Notes: a model not told the origin generated them from the letters alone. Shown: positions 39,072 to 49,296, numbered from the stretch's first letter. The stretch: 63,898 bases of DNA from Desulfobacula sp. (GCA_018702715.1 JABIYQ010000120.1:1-63898); one strand, 5' to 3'. A program made the numbers and translations.

Positions 39072-41255
39072 TTAGGATATCATCATCAGTTTGACTATAA
39101 AAACAGTACCACTGGATACAGAATCAACTGAAGAATGCTTCCGGCTTTCACATTCCATAATTCCACCTAAGCCGGTTATAATGCCATAACTCACAAAAAG
39201 TCCCAGCCCGGTTCCTCTGCCTGTAGCTTTGGTAGTGAAAAAAGGTTCGAATATATGGTCAATGTCTTTGTCCTCTATTGCAATCCCTTCATCTTTAAAC
39301 CGAACAACAACCATGTGAAGATGAGAGTCCATAAATGTTTGAATTGTCAATCTTCCGCCCTGGGGCATAGCGTCGACAGCATTGTTTATAAGGTTGAGAA
39401 AAACCTGCTGCAGCTTTCTAAAATTTCCTATTACAAGTGGAATTGTGTCCAAAAGATCCATGGACAAGGAGATTCCCTCTTTTTTAATGCGGTGGGTTAC
39501 AATTTTGATGGCATCTTTTATACAGAGGTTCAGATCTGTCTGTTGGTGGCCATTGTCTTCTCCCGTGTGTACAAAACCCAAAAGGTTTTCCACGATCTCT
39601 TTGCAATGAAGCCCTTGGCGTTCTATTATTTTAAGGTCTTTATAATCCTGGGAGGTGTTGTCTCTTTTCCGCAGCATAAGGTCACAGAACCCCAGTATAA
39701 CCCCAAGCGGATTGTTGATTTCATGGGCTACCCCTGCGGACAGTGTGCCCAGGGAAACTAATTTTTCAGTGTGTATCAGATGGCGTTCAAGTTTTTTGTC
39801 TTCGGTTATGTCCCTTGCAATGCACAGGACCCAATGTACATTTTCCTTTTCACTTCGCACAGGCACCATATTGGCAGCTAAAAATATCTGGGTGCCGTCA
39901 AGGTCAAACCCGGATTCATCTCTGATACTTTTTCCGCTTTCAAAAACCCTGGGGATAAGACCTTCCAGCTTGTCACTCAATTCTTTTGGGAATAGCGATG
40001 ACAGTTCTTTTCCTATATGATCGTCAGCCCTGGATTTGAAAAAATTGGAAGTAAAGCTGTTCATGGACTGGAATTTGCCCCTGGGGTCAACGGTGAAGAT
40101 GAAGTCTTCAGCGCTTTCCACAAGGGATCGGTATTTGGCTTCGGATTTTACGAGCTCCTCCGTCTGCCGGCTGGCCTCATTCTCCATCCGCCTGGACCAT
40201 TTTACTTCAAAAAACATGATAATTGAAGCGCCTGCAATAATGGCGAATATCACGGCAAGCTGCACGAAAAATTGATCCATGTATTTATTTTTGATGGCTT
40301 CTTCTATTTCAAAAACAGGAGCGACAACCGCTATGGACCACATATGAGTCGGGATTTCTGAAATCGTTACAGGGGTGTATGCGATCAGCTTTTCCATCCT
40401 GCCTGTAAGTCCCCTGTGCCATCCTGAAACATACCACCCTGTCCCTTCTAAGCCCGTTAGCATTTCATCTCTTTGTATCTTGTTTATCTCCACAAAAGAA
40501 ATGTCATGATCTTTTTCTTTTCTTGCCAGAAAAGCATTTTTACCGACAAATGAGCTGTCCGGATGAAAAAGAAAATGGCCTTCATTGTCGATGATCCATG
40601 CATACCCTGTCTTTCCGGATCTTATGTTCTTAAGGTAAGGGTCCAGGAACCATGAAATATTGACATGACAATAAATGATTCGTGAATCACTTTGGCCGAC
40701 AGGTGACCTTATTGTTATAAATATTCCAGACGATGTGATTTGGGGCTTTGAGACTCTCAGTTGATTAGTTTTTTCCAGATCAAAATCAAAGGGAAGAAAA
40801 GAGCTCTCTTCAAGGAGAGAACGGGAGACCTCTTTGCGGAAGGGGTGACCGGAATAAAGGATTCCGGCTTCCATGTCGTGAAATTCGATGGCACTGACGC
40901 CGCATTCAACTAAGCGGACCAGTGTTGACCTGATTGCCCTGTAGGGATCTTTGTAATTTTCAAGCTCTTTGGAAAGAATTCTCATTTCCCGCTTTAAAAA
41001 GGAGAATTCTCTCTCAATGAAGTTTTTAACGTTGTGCGCAATAACCATCTGCTCTCCATTAAACTGACCGCGCACGATCTTGCTCATCTCCCTGATGGAC
41101 CACTGGGACATCACTGCACTTGCCGCCACAAAGATGAGCGCTGTAAGTGTCACGATGATTACAATGCTTTTTTCAGTTTCAGGTCGCTGGTGCCTGTGGA
41201 CAGGTTCATGGCTGGAACTGAGTATTATGCCTGTATCTGATTTTTTCAAAACCAT
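39072..41255 (-). CDS. Sensor histidine kinase (Cache-PAS-HisKA-HATPase)
   Basis: 'GKTGYAWIIDNEGHFLFHP', PAS 'YRSLVESAEDFIFTVD', 'GVAHEINNPL', 'GTGLGL'. Confidence 0.94.
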   Translation of the reverse strand: MVLKKSDTGIILSSSHEPVHRHQRPETEKSIVIIVTLTALIFVAASAVMSQWSIREMSKIVRGQFNGEQMVIAHNVKNFIEREFSFLKREMRILSKELENYKDPYRAIRSTLVRLVECGVSAIEFHDMEAGILYSGHPFRKEVSRSLLEESSFLPFDFDLEKTNQLRVSKPQITSSGIFITIRSPVGQSDSRIIYCHVNISWFLDPYLKNIRSGKTGYAWIIDNEGHFLFHPDSSFVGKNAFLARKEKDHDISFVEINKIQRDEMLTGLEGTGWYVSGWHRGLTGRMEKLIAYTPVTISEIPTHMWSIAVVAPVFEIEEAIKNKYMDQFFVQLAVIFAIIAGASIIMFFEVKWSRRMENEASRQTEELVKSEAKYRSLVESAEDFIFTVDPRGKFQSMNSFTSNFFKSRADDHIGKELSSLFPKELSDKLEGLIPRVFESGKSIRDESGFDLDGTQIFLAANMVPVRSEKENVHWVLCIARDITEDKKLERHLIHTEKLVSLGTLSAGVAHEINNPLGVILGFCDLMLRKRDNTSQDYKDLKIIERQGLHCKEIVENLLGFVHTGEDNGHQQTDLNLCIKDAIKIVTHRIKKEGISLSMDLLDTIPLVIGNFRKLQQVFLNLINNAVDAMPQGGRLTIQTFMDSHLHMVVVRFKDEGIAIEDKDIDHIFEPFFTTKATGRGTGLGLFVSYGIITGLGGIMECESRKHSSVDSVSSGTVFIVKLMMIS

Positions 41256-41369
41256 ACCGCTTCCTGTTTTTAATGTGAACCCTGAGGCTAACAGAGTTTG
41301 AGTGATTACAACTTCAAATCAGCCCTTTGCAGGGTATTCTCCAGTTTTTTAATCTATATCGATTTAATG

Positions 41370-41384
41370 GCAATAATTGTGCCG
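41370..41384 (-). promoter_or_regulatory. Sigma54 -24/-12 promoter (kinase-EBP2 operon)
   Basis: CGGCACAATTATTGC. Confidence 0.78.
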
Positions 41385-41630
41385 ATAGGCCCAAATAAGA
41401 AAGTTTTGTATTATGTGCTTTAATATCAAACAGCTATCCCAAAATAACCAGGAATATCATCAGGGAAGATTTACCGGTAAGAGTGACGGACTTTTTTACA
41501 CTTTGTAAATATTGTGTACTTTTATCTCTGCATTCAGACGTCTCATGATCCTGAAATATCCTGTTTTTGTGGATCTATATACTTAATAAAAATAGTCGGT
41601 TATCAATATTTAAGTACAGAAGCTAATCTT

Positions 41631-41645
41631 TGGCATATAAATTGA
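41631..41645 (+). promoter_or_regulatory. Sigma54 -24/-12 promoter (PstS-like gene)
   Basis: TGGCATATAAATTGA. Confidence 0.65.
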
Positions 41646-41761
41646 AAAGTAAAAAAGTATAGTGAAAAAGTATAATTAAAAGGCAATACAGAAGAAATGA
41701 TTAAGAAATAACGCTGTTGTCAAACAGAATACTTTAACTTTATATGGAGGAAGAAAAACTC

Positions 41762-42568
41762 ATGAAAAAAATGATGAGTATCTTAAATGTATTATTTGCA
41801 AGCTTATTGGTATTATGGGCTATTGTGCCGCAGGCAGTGGCAAACGCTGATCAAAAATTACGATACAGTTGTTCTGCCCAGATTTATGAGGCATTTGAAA
41901 AGTCAAGATTGGACGCCTTTACAAAGGAAACAGGGATATCCATTGATCTGTTTGTTGCATCATCCAAGTCATGCGTGTATAGGGTGATGCAGGATATGAC
42001 CGACATCGCCGGCAGCACAAGGGCAATCTACCAGCGTCACAAGGATTTCGGGCTAAAGGAAATACCTTTTTGCAAGGACCCCCTGGCAGTCATTACCCAT
42101 AAAGACTCAATAGTCAATAATTTGAGCCCGGAACAGCTCCAGCAGATATTTTCCGGCGGAATCACTAATTGGAAAGAAGTAGGAGGGCCTGATTTGCTGA
42201 TTACGCTTGTTGTTCCCGGGAATGAAACCGGTGCCCATAAAAATTTTAAACGGCAGGTTATGACCCACAAAGAAATTAAATATGATTATTTAACCTATAC
42301 ATCCACCCGCGTTCTGGAGGCAATTGAACAACTGCCGGCAGGTGCCATATCCTTTATCTCAAGAGGTGCTCAGATCACCCATCCGAATATCAAGGTGTTG
42401 AGCATTGACGGCAAGAAACCGGGTGATAGAGATTATCCTTACTACCAGATATTTTACCTGGTTTCCAAAGGAGAGCCCAGAGGATCGGTTAAGGTATTTA
42501 TTGATTTTATTACATCAAAAAAAGGAAAGTCCATTATTCTGGAAAGAGGCATGCTGCCGATTAACTAA
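41762..42568 (+). CDS. Periplasmic binding protein, divergent PstS-like
   Basis: Signal peptide; 'DPLAVITH', 'QLQQIFSGGITNWKEVGGPD', 'GAISFIS', 'YPYYQIFYLV'; no pstCAB nearby. Confidence 0.8.
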   Translation: MKKMMSILNVLFASLLVLWAIVPQAVANADQKLRYSCSAQIYEAFEKSRLDAFTKETGISIDLFVASSKSCVYRVMQDMTDIAGSTRAIYQRHKDFGLKEIPFCKDPLAVITHKDSIVNNLSPEQLQQIFSGGITNWKEVGGPDLLITLVVPGNETGAHKNFKRQVMTHKEIKYDYLTYTSTRVLEAIEQLPAGAISFISRGAQITHPNIKVLSIDGKKPGDRDYPYYQIFYLVSKGEPRGSVKVFIDFITSKKGKSIILERGMLPIN

Positions 42569-42627
42569 TCCGATTAATTAATCCTAGCAGACCCATCAAA
42601 TTAGAAATAGTCTGAAGTAAATTGGAT

Positions 42628-42663
42628 ATGATAACCCTTTCCTTATCAGGAAAGGGTTATCAT
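42628..42663 (+). terminator. Intrinsic terminator-like hairpin
   Basis: ATGATAACCCTTTCCT-TATC-AGGAAAGGGTTATCAT (16-bp stem). Confidence 0.8.
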
Positions 42664-42755
42664 GTTTATGATATTGACAAAAAGTATCTTCCTATCCTAT
42701 GTTTTGTGTATTAAAAGAAGGATTCATCTACAATTATGCCATAAGGAAGGTCATC

Positions 42756-43718
42756 ATGAACACCCTTAAAGTAGGATTGGTTCTGGGAAGCGGGGCCTCA
42801 AGCGGATGGGCACATATCGGGGCCATCGAGGCCCTTCAGGATGCGAGCATCCCTATCCATCTCGTCGCCGGGTGCAGCGTCGGGGCTTTTGTGGGTGCGA
42901 TTTTTGCGAGTGGCGGCCTGGAGCAGTTGAAAAGATATGTCATTGACATGGACGGTGAAAGCATGTTCTCCTTTTCAGACTTGAGTTTTATCAGATCCGG
43001 GCTCCTGGACGGGGATAAAAAACTTAGAGAACTCTTCTGCATGCATAGCGATAAAAAAAATTTTGATGAACTGGAGATTCCTTTGAAAGTCGTTGCTGCG
43101 GAAATGTACACGGGTGACCAGGTGGTTTTAGACTCCGGCGACCTGCTCAAAGCGCTCAGGGCATCCATGTCTTATCCAGGCCTTTTTGCGCCTGTATACC
43201 ATAAGAGCCGATGGCTGATAGATGGCGGGGTGGTGGACTCGGTTCCAGTGGGGGTAGCCCGGGCAATGGGGGCGGATATCGTGATTGCCGTCAGCCTGGA
43301 TTCTGAACTGGTATCGCGCAGGCGCCACCAAAAAACCGAGGTTGCTCCTGAAATAACACCACCGCCGGTTCGTAATGAATTTTTAAAAAAACTGGCTGCC
43401 CGTTATGAAGCCGTGGAAAAAACAATTTGGAAACGTCTGGAACGACAGAAAAAAAAGAAGCCGACTCCCCCTGGCACCCGCCAGGTTATCAGCGCTGCAA
43501 TACAACTTATGCAGGATCGGATCACGCGGGTCAATTTTGCTGTTAATCCACCGGATATCCTGATCACACCTCGCCTGGGCGACCTTAAAATGCTTGATTA
43601 TGATCAGGTTGAACATGCCATTGAAGAAGGATACATTGCCACCCGGAACAAGGTCAACGACATCCGGATGCTGCTGGAAACGCATAGAACAGAAGAGATG
43701 GAGACAAAACCGGTTTGA
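42756..43718 (+). CDS. Patatin-like phospholipase (RssA-like)
   Basis: 'LVLGSGASSG', GCSVG nucleophile, 'ASMSYPGLF', DGG; ATG 42756 after AAGGAAGG. Confidence 0.9.
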   Translation: MNTLKVGLVLGSGASSGWAHIGAIEALQDASIPIHLVAGCSVGAFVGAIFASGGLEQLKRYVIDMDGESMFSFSDLSFIRSGLLDGDKKLRELFCMHSDKKNFDELEIPLKVVAAEMYTGDQVVLDSGDLLKALRASMSYPGLFAPVYHKSRWLIDGGVVDSVPVGVARAMGADIVIAVSLDSELVSRRRHQKTEVAPEITPPPVRNEFLKKLAARYEAVEKTIWKRLERQKKKKPTPPGTRQVISAAIQLMQDRITRVNFAVNPPDILITPRLGDLKMLDYDQVEHAIEEGYIATRNKVNDIRMLLETHRTEEMETKPV

Positions 43719-43728
43719 TTATGCTTTG

Positions 43729-43764
43729 AATCGCGTTGCAGGGTGAAACTCCCGCAACGCGATT
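43729..43764. terminator. Bidirectional terminator hairpin
   Basis: AATCGCGTTGC...GCAACGCGATT between convergent genes. Confidence 0.75.
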
Positions 43765-43783
43765 TACAAATTTTTAAAACGAT

Positions 43784-46468
43784 TTATTCCATATTCATAT
43801 TGTTAAATTCAATGGTCAACTCATATTCAGTGCCACCCACAACTCGATGAGCGACAAATCCCAGCTTTTTCCCAAGCTTCTGCATCTGGGTGTTTTCCGG
43901 CAGCACAAGCCCCATCACCTGTTTTATGCCCTTATTTTGAGCCGCTTTAAGGCATTGCTTCAACAGTGATGCACCAATGCCTTTCCCCTGCCATTCATCG
44001 CTTATGGCCATGGCAAATTCTGCATGGGTCCCCTCGGGATAATCGATGATCCGGCATACCCCGACTATTTTTTTGTTCCGGCCTTCTCCAAACACTGCCA
44101 CAAGAGCGATTTCACGATCATAATCCACCTGGGTAAATTTTATCAGCATGCTTTTGGAAAGTTGTTTTAACGGCGAGAAAAACCGCATATACACGCTTCT
44201 TTTAGACAGAGAATAAAAATGATCGATCAACAGGTCTGCATCACTGGGCCGGATAGGGCGGATAAAAAAATCATGCCCGTCCACAGTGGTATCCCTTGAT
44301 TCATAATGCCAGGGATAGGAACTGATAATCAGATGCATGGGAGAGGGTATTTGTGCCGGCGCAATAAGAACCCGTGCATCCACTGCCGTTATATTGCCGC
44401 CCCTCACCATGAGCGGATTAATATCCAACCCGATAATTTCGGGAAAGTCCGTCATCAGCCTTCCTGTCCGTATCAATAATTCTTCCAGAACTGCCATGTT
44501 GACCTTTGAAATATTTCTGAATCCTTTTAATATCTTTGATATTTTTGTTTTTTCAATCATCTGCCTTGCAAGAAGACGGTTCAACGGCGGAAGCCCCATT
44601 GACGTGTCCTGGAGTACCTCGGTTAAAATGCCCCCCATACCAAAAAGAATCACAGGTCCGAAAATATCATCTTTTTTTGCGCCAATGATTAATTCAACCT
44701 CTGCCGCAGGCAGCATTGCCTGGACGGATACCCCCTTAATGTCGGCATCCGGCGCATAGTCCCCGGCATTTTTCATTATCCTTCCATATGCGGCTTTGAC
44801 CTCATTGGAACCTTTGAGATTAAGGGCAACCCCGTTGCAGTCTGATTTGTGCAGAATGTCTTTTGAACAAATCTTTAGAACAACAGGAAAACCCATTTGT
44901 TCTGATATTTTTACGGCCATTTCTTCAGAATCAGCAATCCTAGTGGGGTTTGTGGGAATTCCATATGAATGAAGCAGATCCTTTGCCGTTGTTTCCATAA
45001 GGCTTGCCTCATCCCTGGCAATTGCCTCTTCAATGATATATTGGGCTTTGGTCCTGTTGATAATAAGTTTGGTATCGGTTCTGATGGGTATTTCATGAAG
45101 CATTTCAATATTTCGACCGTATTGATAAAGGTTTTTAAAGGCCCTTACGGCCCGCTCGGCTGAATCATAGGTCACAATACCGACCTGGTTAAAATGCTTT
45201 CTTGCCGCATCAACATTCTCTCCTCCGATCCAGGCCGTAAAAACAGGACAGGGTACAGTTTTTAAATACTGAGCAAGACCTTTTGCCAGGTTCAGGGTAT
45301 CCATTGTACCTGCTGGGGCGCACATCAGGAGAAGGGCATTAGTTTCAGGCGCATTTGCACATATTTTCGCGGTTTCTATATATGCCTCAGGGCTTGTATC
45401 CCCCAGTATGTCTATAGGGTTGCCTTTGCTCCAGTTTTCAGGAAGCAGCTTGTCCAGTTGTTCAAGTGTTGCCTGACTGAGTTCCGCAGGTTCCATTCCA
45501 TGGGATGCAAGGGCATCTGCTGCCATGACCCCTGGACCGCCTGCATTGGAGATAATAGATAAGCCGGGACCGGATGGACGACGCTGTTTTGCCAGAAATT
45601 CCGAACAGTCAAATAATTCTTCAAATTCATTGACCCGTAAAATCCCTGCACGCTCAAAAGCAGCGTCGTAAACCGCATCTTCACCGGCCATGGCACCGGT
45701 ATGGGATGCGGCTGCCCGGGCCCCGGCTTTTGATCTGCCCGATTTGAGGACAATAATGGGCTTCAGACGTGAAACCGCTCGGGCAGCACTCATGAAATTT
45801 CGAATATGGGTGATATTCTCCATATACATGACAATACTTTCCACAGAATACAAAGAGCCCAGATAATCAATCATATCTCCGAAATCAACATCCATCATGG
45901 AACCTAAACTGACGAAATGGCTGAAACCCACATTTTCACGATTGGCAATATCCAGAACTGAAGTGCAAACGGCGCCACTCTGGGATAGAAATGCAATTTT
46001 TCCGGGCAAGGGTGGCAAATGGGCAAAGCTGGCATTTAAATCGATCCCTGTATTCACTATGCCAAGGCAGTTGGGTCCGATAATTCTCAGGTTATATTTC
46101 CTGGCTTTTTCCAGTATTCGGGCTTCAATCTGTTGTCCTTTTACGCCTGTTTCCCTGCCGCCTGAAGACACGATAACGGCGCCTGCAAGACCGGCCTTGC
46201 CGCATGACTCAACAATTTGGGGTATCATCTGTATGGGTGTTGCAATCACTGCCATGTCAACGCTGGATACGATGTCCTGGATATCGGCAGATGCCCCGAG
46301 CCCCATGATATCCTTGCGTTTTGGATTAACCGGGAAAATTTCGCCTTTGAAATCACTGGTTACAAGATTCTTCATAATTGAAAACCCGACAGAACCTTCT
46401 TTTTCACTGGCACCTATCACTGCCACGGATTCCGGGTTAAAAATTCTGTGCAAATTGATTGTGCTCAT
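43784..46468 (-). CDS. pat: Pat-type protein: NDP-forming acyl-CoA synthetase-like domains plus C-terminal GNAT
   Basis: 'PESVAVIGAS', 'GPNCLG', 'SQSGA', 'ASHTGA', 'NPIDILGD', ATP-grasp 'HKSD', 'DINPL', GNAT 'WQGKGIG'. Start at MSTINL (46468). Confidence 0.92.
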   Translation of the reverse strand: MSTINLHRIFNPESVAVIGASEKEGSVGFSIMKNLVTSDFKGEIFPVNPKRKDIMGLGASADIQDIVSSVDMAVIATPIQMIPQIVESCGKAGLAGAVIVSSGGRETGVKGQQIEARILEKARKYNLRIIGPNCLGIVNTGIDLNASFAHLPPLPGKIAFLSQSGAVCTSVLDIANRENVGFSHFVSLGSMMDVDFGDMIDYLGSLYSVESIVMYMENITHIRNFMSAARAVSRLKPIIVLKSGRSKAGARAAASHTGAMAGEDAVYDAAFERAGILRVNEFEELFDCSEFLAKQRRPSGPGLSIISNAGGPGVMAADALASHGMEPAELSQATLEQLDKLLPENWSKGNPIDILGDTSPEAYIETAKICANAPETNALLLMCAPAGTMDTLNLAKGLAQYLKTVPCPVFTAWIGGENVDAARKHFNQVGIVTYDSAERAVRAFKNLYQYGRNIEMLHEIPIRTDTKLIINRTKAQYIIEEAIARDEASLMETTAKDLLHSYGIPTNPTRIADSEEMAVKISEQMGFPVVLKICSKDILHKSDCNGVALNLKGSNEVKAAYGRIMKNAGDYAPDADIKGVSVQAMLPAAEVELIIGAKKDDIFGPVILFGMGGILTEVLQDTSMGLPPLNRLLARQMIEKTKISKILKGFRNISKVNMAVLEELLIRTGRLMTDFPEIIGLDINPLMVRGGNITAVDARVLIAPAQIPSPMHLIISSYPWHYESRDTTVDGHDFFIRPIRPSDADLLIDHFYSLSKRSVYMRFFSPLKQLSKSMLIKFTQVDYDREIALVAVFGEGRNKKIVGVCRIIDYPEGTHAEFAMAISDEWQGKGIGASLLKQCLKAAQNKGIKQVMGLVLPENTQMQKLGKKLGFVAHRVVGGTEYELTIEFNNMNME

Positions 46469-46542
46469 TATTTTTCCTTTCAGTTTTTTAAAAAAAACAG
46501 TCCAGCGTATATGGTGGGTCAAAATAATTGAATCATTCTGTG

Positions 46543-47472
46543 TTACGGCCCCAGCCACACCGTCATTTCTCTTGCCCCATGAATCACTTTCCAGGGGATA
46601 CGGCCAATATCAAAATCAGCCACATCAGATTTGCCTTTTCTGCCAAATACAATGGTGTCACAATTTTCTTCCCTGGCTGCTTCAACAATTGCCTCGGCAC
46701 GACTTCTGGCGCCTTGAATGATTTTTTTCACCATATTCTTTTTTTGAATACCTGCAGTTTCAAAGGTTTTTTCGGCATCCCTGATCACTGTTTCAATCTC
46801 TTCAAAGGCGGTTTTGATAAATCCGAGGGATTTTTTTTTCTTTTTTTCACTATAGAGATCAAAATCCCTGAGCACGCTGCACAGGACAACTCTGCAATCT
46901 GAGTTTCCAATGGTTTTAGCGGCAAAATCAACCGCCCTTTTTGTCCCTTTGGACCCATCAATGGCAAGGAAAAGAGAATGATTAACCGGTTGTGTTCCTG
47001 CCAGTATCACGGGGAGGTATTTTGTTTTTTCGATCAGTTTTGTTGAAACACTTCCCATGACAAGGGACACTAATACCTGTGCCCCTCCTCTTCTCCGGAT
47101 CAAAAGGGCATCATATCCTTTCCGTGCTTCATCCATGATATCCCTTGCTATCCCCTTATTTCTTTCTGTAATGACAGAGTTGACAGCTTCCGGCCGGAAA
47201 CCTGCGGCAATGAGTTTCTTTTTTGCTTTTTCCATGAAAGCTTCCATTTTGACTCGATATTCATATTCCCATTCTTTTACCTGCAGGGTCGCTGTATACG
47301 GGGACGTTTCTTTTTTAAAATCGAAATAACATTCCGGAACCCGGGTGATGATATTATGTAAAACAAGTTCCTTTTTGAGAAACGGTTCAAAACTGCAGAG
47401 GTATTGAATGGTTTTAAACGCTTTTTTTGATCCATCCAGAGCCACAAGAATTTTGCTTATATTTTCAGACAT
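46543..47472 (-). CDS. Tandem-domain universal stress protein
   Basis: 'ILVALDGS...MGSVSTK' and 'LAIDGS...IVFGRKG'; ATG overlaps the upstream usp stop. Confidence 0.88.
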   Translation of the reverse strand: MSENISKILVALDGSKKAFKTIQYLCSFEPFLKKELVLHNIITRVPECYFDFKKETSPYTATLQVKEWEYEYRVKMEAFMEKAKKKLIAAGFRPEAVNSVITERNKGIARDIMDEARKGYDALLIRRRGGAQVLVSLVMGSVSTKLIEKTKYLPVILAGTQPVNHSLFLAIDGSKGTKRAVDFAAKTIGNSDCRVVLCSVLRDFDLYSEKKKKKSLGFIKTAFEEIETVIRDAEKTFETAGIQKKNMVKKIIQGARSRAEAIVEAAREENCDTIVFGRKGKSDVADFDIGRIPWKVIHGAREMTVWLGP

Positions 47473-47959
47473 ATTCTTCTTTCCTTTTAAATATTTTTCG
47501 ATCTCTGACACTGACAAGCGGTACCATGGAATGTCTAAACACCTTTTCGGCAGCGCTGCCGAAAAATACTCTTGAAATATTTCCCCGGCCTTTGTTGGCC
47601 ATTACAACCAAATCAATATTTTCTGTTTGAACCGTTTTTAAAATTTGTTCAGAAGGAATACCCACGTCAAACTTAAAGCTGATATTTGATTTTTCTTCAA
47701 AAAAATGTTCTTTTATCAGTCCTTTTATCTCTGTCTCCCTGTCTTTTTTCAAATCCTTGATATAACCCTCGACACTTATCCGGCTTGATGCATATTTATT
47801 GGCGATTTCAACCATATGAACCTCTTTCTGGTTAATAACGTTATAGACAACAACCTGGATATTTGAATTTTTTGCCAGTTCAACTGCATACTCCAATACC
47901 ATCAGGGTATAATCAGAAAAATCAATGCAGGCCAGTATTCTATCTATTTTCTTATCCAT
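47465..47959 (-). CDS. Universal stress protein
   Basis: 'ILACIDFS', 'DLVVMANKGRG...FFGSAAEKVFRHS'. Confidence 0.92.
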   Translation of the reverse strand: MDKKIDRILACIDFSDYTLMVLEYAVELAKNSNIQVVVYNVINQKEVHMVEIANKYASSRISVEGYIKDLKKDRETEIKGLIKEHFFEEKSNISFKFDVGIPSEQILKTVQTENIDLVVMANKGRGNISRVFFGSAAEKVFRHSMVPLVSVRDRKIFKRKEEYV

Positions 47960-47994
47960 TTCATAACTCCTCTATACTTTTGTACACATTTTTA

Positions 47995-48672
47995 TCAATA
48001 GATCTTCCTGAATCCCCGTGTTAGATCTGCTGCAAAAAGCAGCTCGCCCACCCCATGAAATTTTTCGGACAGGCTGTCAAAACTTGAAGGATCAATATCA
48101 AATGTATGGAAAAACACTTTTCTGTACCCTTCTTCAATATCGTCATAGGATGTCATGATACTGCATAGCCTGCCGCCATGTTCCCGGATGATATCCGTTA
48201 AAATATTGATAATACCGGGCCTGTCCTTCAGGTTAAATGCAAAGATCTGTCCTTTTTTAGAAACGCCTGTAAAGGATACAAAGCAGCGGAAAATATCGCT
48301 TTTGGTGATAATCCCCACCATCGTGCCCTTTTTATCAAGTACAGGCATCCCGGATATTCCTTTTTTCAACATAATTTCTGCAGCTTCATCAACAGTATGA
48401 TCATCCCCGATGGTGACAACGGGCTTGGACATGACAGATTCAATCTTAACTTTATCCATTAAGGAAGGCATTTCAAATCTATCCAGCGTTGTGGCATCAG
48501 AAGGTGTGGCGTTTTTAACATCCCCGTCCGTTAAGATCCCGACAAGCTTTTTGTTGTTTAGCACGGGAAGCATGGAAATTATTCTTGTTTGAAATAATTT
48601 TATAGCATCATTCAAAGAGTCGTTATCATCTATGGTAATTACGGACTTGCTCATCCATTCTTTTATCAACAT
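47995..48672 (-). CDS. acuB: AcuB-like CBS-CBS-ACT protein
   Basis: 'MLIKEWMSK', 'LVGILTDGD...ATPSDATTL', 'VGIITKSDIF', ACT 'DRPGII...IIREHGGRL.SI'. Confidence 0.82.
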   Translation of the reverse strand: MLIKEWMSKSVITIDDNDSLNDAIKLFQTRIISMLPVLNNKKLVGILTDGDVKNATPSDATTLDRFEMPSLMDKVKIESVMSKPVVTIGDDHTVDEAAEIMLKKGISGMPVLDKKGTMVGIITKSDIFRCFVSFTGVSKKGQIFAFNLKDRPGIINILTDIIREHGGRLCSIMTSYDDIEEGYRKVFFHTFDIDPSSFDSLSEKFHGVGELLFAADLTRGFRKIY

Positions 48673-48713
48673 TTTGACCTCCAGTATTTTAGGTGTTGTT
48701 CACCATAAAGCGT

Positions 48714-49205
48714 TTACCTCTTGAATATCAATTTGTCCCTGACACTGACCACGGGAACCGGGGAATGTCTGAACACCTTTTCAGCAACGCTTCCAAATAA
48801 AAATCTTGAAATATTCCCCCTGCCTTTGTTGGCCATTACCACTAAATCGATTTCTTCTGCTTCAATGGTGTTCAGGATACATTCAGAGGGGATACCTCCA
48901 TTGATTTTTATTTCCATTATAGACGCGTCATGAGCAAAATTTTCTTTTATCAATTGTTTCAAGCCCTCATGCCTTTCTTCTGTCAGCTTCATGACGTACT
49001 CTTGCGTATCACACTCATTGATATAATATCCGGGGAAATAACCATTCGCCATGTCAACGCCATTGATATCCCTCTGATTGATGACGTTTAAAACCACAAT
49101 CCGGGCGCCTGTTTTTTTTGCAAACTCCAAAGCATATTCAAGGGTTATCAGCGAATATTCTGAAAGATCGATACAGGCCAGAATTTTATTTATTTTTTTA
49201 TCCAT
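48714..49205 (-). CDS. Universal stress protein
   Basis: USP motifs; close paralog of 50391 and 47465. Confidence 0.92.
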   Translation of the reverse strand: MDKKINKILACIDLSEYSLITLEYALEFAKKTGARIVVLNVINQRDINGVDMANGYFPGYYINECDTQEYVMKLTEERHEGLKQLIKENFAHDASIMEIKINGGIPSECILNTIEAEEIDLVVMANKGRGNISRFLFGSVAEKVFRHSPVPVVSVRDKLIFKR

Positions 49206-49224
49206 TATCTATCTCCTTTAATTA

Positions 49225-49296
49225 TTAATAGATCATCTTAAATCCCCGTGGCAGACCTGCCACATAAAACAACTTCCTTTTTTCATGGGATTTTTT
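49225..49296 (-). pseudogene. 3' relic of an acuB paralog in the usp leader
   Basis: Reads KKSHEKRKLFYVAGLPRGFKMIY* versus AcuB EKFHGVGELLFAADLTRGFRKIY*; no in-frame start downstream of the promoter. Confidence 0.75.

Noticed and set aside
41762-42568. Pst phosphate uptake system
   Set aside because: No pstCAB or phoU, and phosphate-binding motifs are altered.
42756-43718. Patatin as a CBASS or other defence effector
   Set aside because: RssA-like housekeeping type; no cyclase or defence genes nearby.
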